A stretch of 63,384 nt of DNA, filler included, from Globobulimina sp. (taxonomy: Eukaryota), in the NCBI GenBank assembly GCA_003354225.1. It is 29 parts of 29 records of this genome, joined end to end, with 100 filler letters (N's around TTAATTAATTAA, not from the genome) between each part and the next. Parts side by side here need not be neighbours in the genome. Positions count along the whole stretch, not along the records: positions 61,297 to 63,384 come from PIVH01009104.1; 28 more parts are not named here. One strand, given 5' to 3'. Below the pieces are notes generated by a model. It was not told the DNA's origin, ran no database searches, and saw only the letters and a program-made list of their open reading frames with translations. The translations under genes and the position numbers were made by a program. The first letter of the stretch is position 1. The number at the start of each line of letters is the position of its first letter. This document shows positions 61,629 to 63,384 of the stretch, in pieces.

Positions 61629-63278
61629 TCAATGTAGTTGTTGTTGATTAATTTGTTGCCTCAATTGATTTGCTCTATTTACATCCTGATATGCTTCAAA
61701 TGTATCCGCATAACACGCAATCACTTTAATTTTATTAATAGTACAATTTCGATTATGCAATTTATATTGTTTAGACATTGGATTCCTATTTAGATTCTCA
61801 ATATGTTTAATATGCAAAGGATACAACATTTCCAACCTCCGCAAATGATGATGTTTCTTGTTCTTCTTCGTCTTATTTTTATTATTATCACCGGACGACG
61901 CATTTATACCATATTTCATGATCGCTTGTTGAGAAATAATAAACAAATATTCTTCAAACAATTGACATACGAAATATTCCTCATAATATTTTAAGTCTCG
62001 CTTAATCGTAAACAGATTTGATAAATAATTGATCATTGCATCCGCTTCAACAAACAGCGCACTCTGAGCCACATCAATAGCTTTTGCACTGTGTTGGATA
62101 CAATGTTTAATAAAATAAATATATAAATTGAAGACATTGCCAGATGTTTCTCCAAATATACTCACACACTCTTTGATGCATTCTCCTTTTAACTTACATC
62201 CGTTATCCACATCTTGCCTGTTATTGGATAGCCGCAACAAACAGGAATACAAAGCTTTGGTATTGATAAATTTGTACTCATTCTTGATCAGAATATTACC
62301 GCTGTTCTGCTCCAATATTTTCATCATTTCCCCACAATACATTATAGCAGAAACCATGTCGTGTCTGATTATATTGACAGTGATTAAATATTCCAATGCA
62401 TCAATGCAACTAAAATGAAATCTACCTTCCATGCAATGGCATAATTGCAACGCGGTTTTGTACATCAAAATAGTGACATCGTATTCGAAGTTTTTCAGAA
62501 ATACGTTGCCCGCAGCAATATAACATTGCACTAATTGCGGCCAAAAATATCCTAAATCATCAACGTCTACATGTATTTTATCCATTTTGTTCATTTTAGC
62601 AGTTGAGATAAAGGATTTGTTCTCAATCCCCATACGTTTGGCACATTTATTGGCACAGCGCCAGTACATTAAGGCACGAATGATATATTTATGTGCCATT
62701 TCAATGTTGCATTCTTGCTGCAATTTATGAATGGATAATAAGTATAAGGTTTGACCTAAAACAGTTATCTCAGCCAAGCATTTATTTGCTACGATTAAGA
62801 TATCACTGTCTTCATTGACAGCAGATGTTGTTTTTTCTTCTATATTGGATAAATATTCTTGCGTATAAATGGAATCTAATTCGGTGCATAATTGAAAATA
62901 TCTGCGTCGTTTACTCTCTTTAAAATTAAATCCATCTTCGACAATCTCTCGCAATTTGTGCTTTAATCGCTTTACGTCCTCACGAAGCGGCTCATTGTCC
63001 GTCTTGTCAATGTTATTTATATTTAGGTTTAAATTAGCGTTGTTGTTGTCGTTTCGATTTATATTATTGTTGTTAACCTCCACTCTCTTTGTGTTTGTGT
63101 TGGCATTTATATTTGGTAGTAATTGCGTGTGTAATGTTCCTGTATTGGTACCAAATTGTGAGATTGTAGATGTTACTAACTGTAAGTTTGGATTTCTTTG
63201 AATAAGTGATGGTTGTGGTGGTGTATGACCATGCCATATTGAGTTGTTATCTGCATTATTGTGGTTATTAAACGCCAT
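61629..63278 (-). CDS. TPR-like alpha-helical protein with Asn-rich N-terminus
   Basis: 549-aa ORF with helical A/Y/L patterns (e.g. AAGNVFL...Y..AL). Confidence 0.5.
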   Translation of the reverse strand: MAFNNHNNADNNSIWHGHTPPQPSLIQRNPNLQLVTSTISQFGTNTGTLHTQLLPNINANTNTKRVEVNNNNINRNDNNNANLNLNINNIDKTDNEPLREDVKRLKHKLREIVEDGFNFKESKRRRYFQLCTELDSIYTQEYLSNIEEKTTSAVNEDSDILIVANKCLAEITVLGQTLYLLSIHKLQQECNIEMAHKYIIRALMYWRCANKCAKRMGIENKSFISTAKMNKMDKIHVDVDDLGYFWPQLVQCYIAAGNVFLKNFEYDVTILMYKTALQLCHCMEGRFHFSCIDALEYLITVNIIRHDMVSAIMYCGEMMKILEQNSGNILIKNEYKFINTKALYSCLLRLSNNRQDVDNGCKLKGECIKECVSIFGETSGNVFNLYIYFIKHCIQHSAKAIDVAQSALFVEADAMINYLSNLFTIKRDLKYYEEYFVCQLFEEYLFIISQQAIMKYGINASSGDNNKNKTKKNKKHHHLRRLEMLYPLHIKHIENLNRNPMSKQYKLHNRNCTINKIKVIACYADTFEAYQDVNRANQLRQQINQQQLH

Positions 63279-63384
63279 TAATTAAAATGTAGCTGCTTAA
63301 GTATAAATGTGTTAAAAACTGTTTTTGATTTGAGAATGGAGATTCGTGTATTTAAGACAAAAGATGTTATGGATGCAGCTGCGG

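Overview
This window is not one contiguous locus. It is a pseudo-scaffold of 29 short, size-sorted contigs (~2.09 kb each) joined by 28 artificial 100-nt linkers (N-run + TTAATTAATTAA six-frame stop + N-run), so gene neighbourhoods mean something only within a contig. Most contigs come from an AT-rich protist with short GT-AG introns (about 55-105 nt). The Kelch, SPRY, MATH and 7TM gene families suggest a rhizarian, probably a foraminiferan (inference). Host genes include dCMP deaminase, a SUOX-family Mo enzyme, PP2A B56, an SLC25A39/40-like carrier, endoglycoceramidase, striatin, NTF2, proteasome alpha3, TBP, PI3K and an STE20/MST kinase. Foreign pieces are mixed in: a LINE reverse transcriptase, two tailed-phage baseplate fragments, an IS1182-like transposase fragment and a giant-virus (NCLDV)-like segment. 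Several contigs look chimeric. The most interesting observations are: (1) a spliced, N-myristoylated globin-RGS fusion, a candidate heme/O2-sensing G-protein regulator; (2) an NCLDV-like segment carrying a miniature relic with both N- and C-terminal major-capsid-protein motifs; (3) a sulfite-oxidase-fold enzyme lacking the canonical SO Tyr/Arg substrate residues; (4) a ~330-nt multi-hairpin structured element and a hammerhead-like core in an otherwise non-coding contig.
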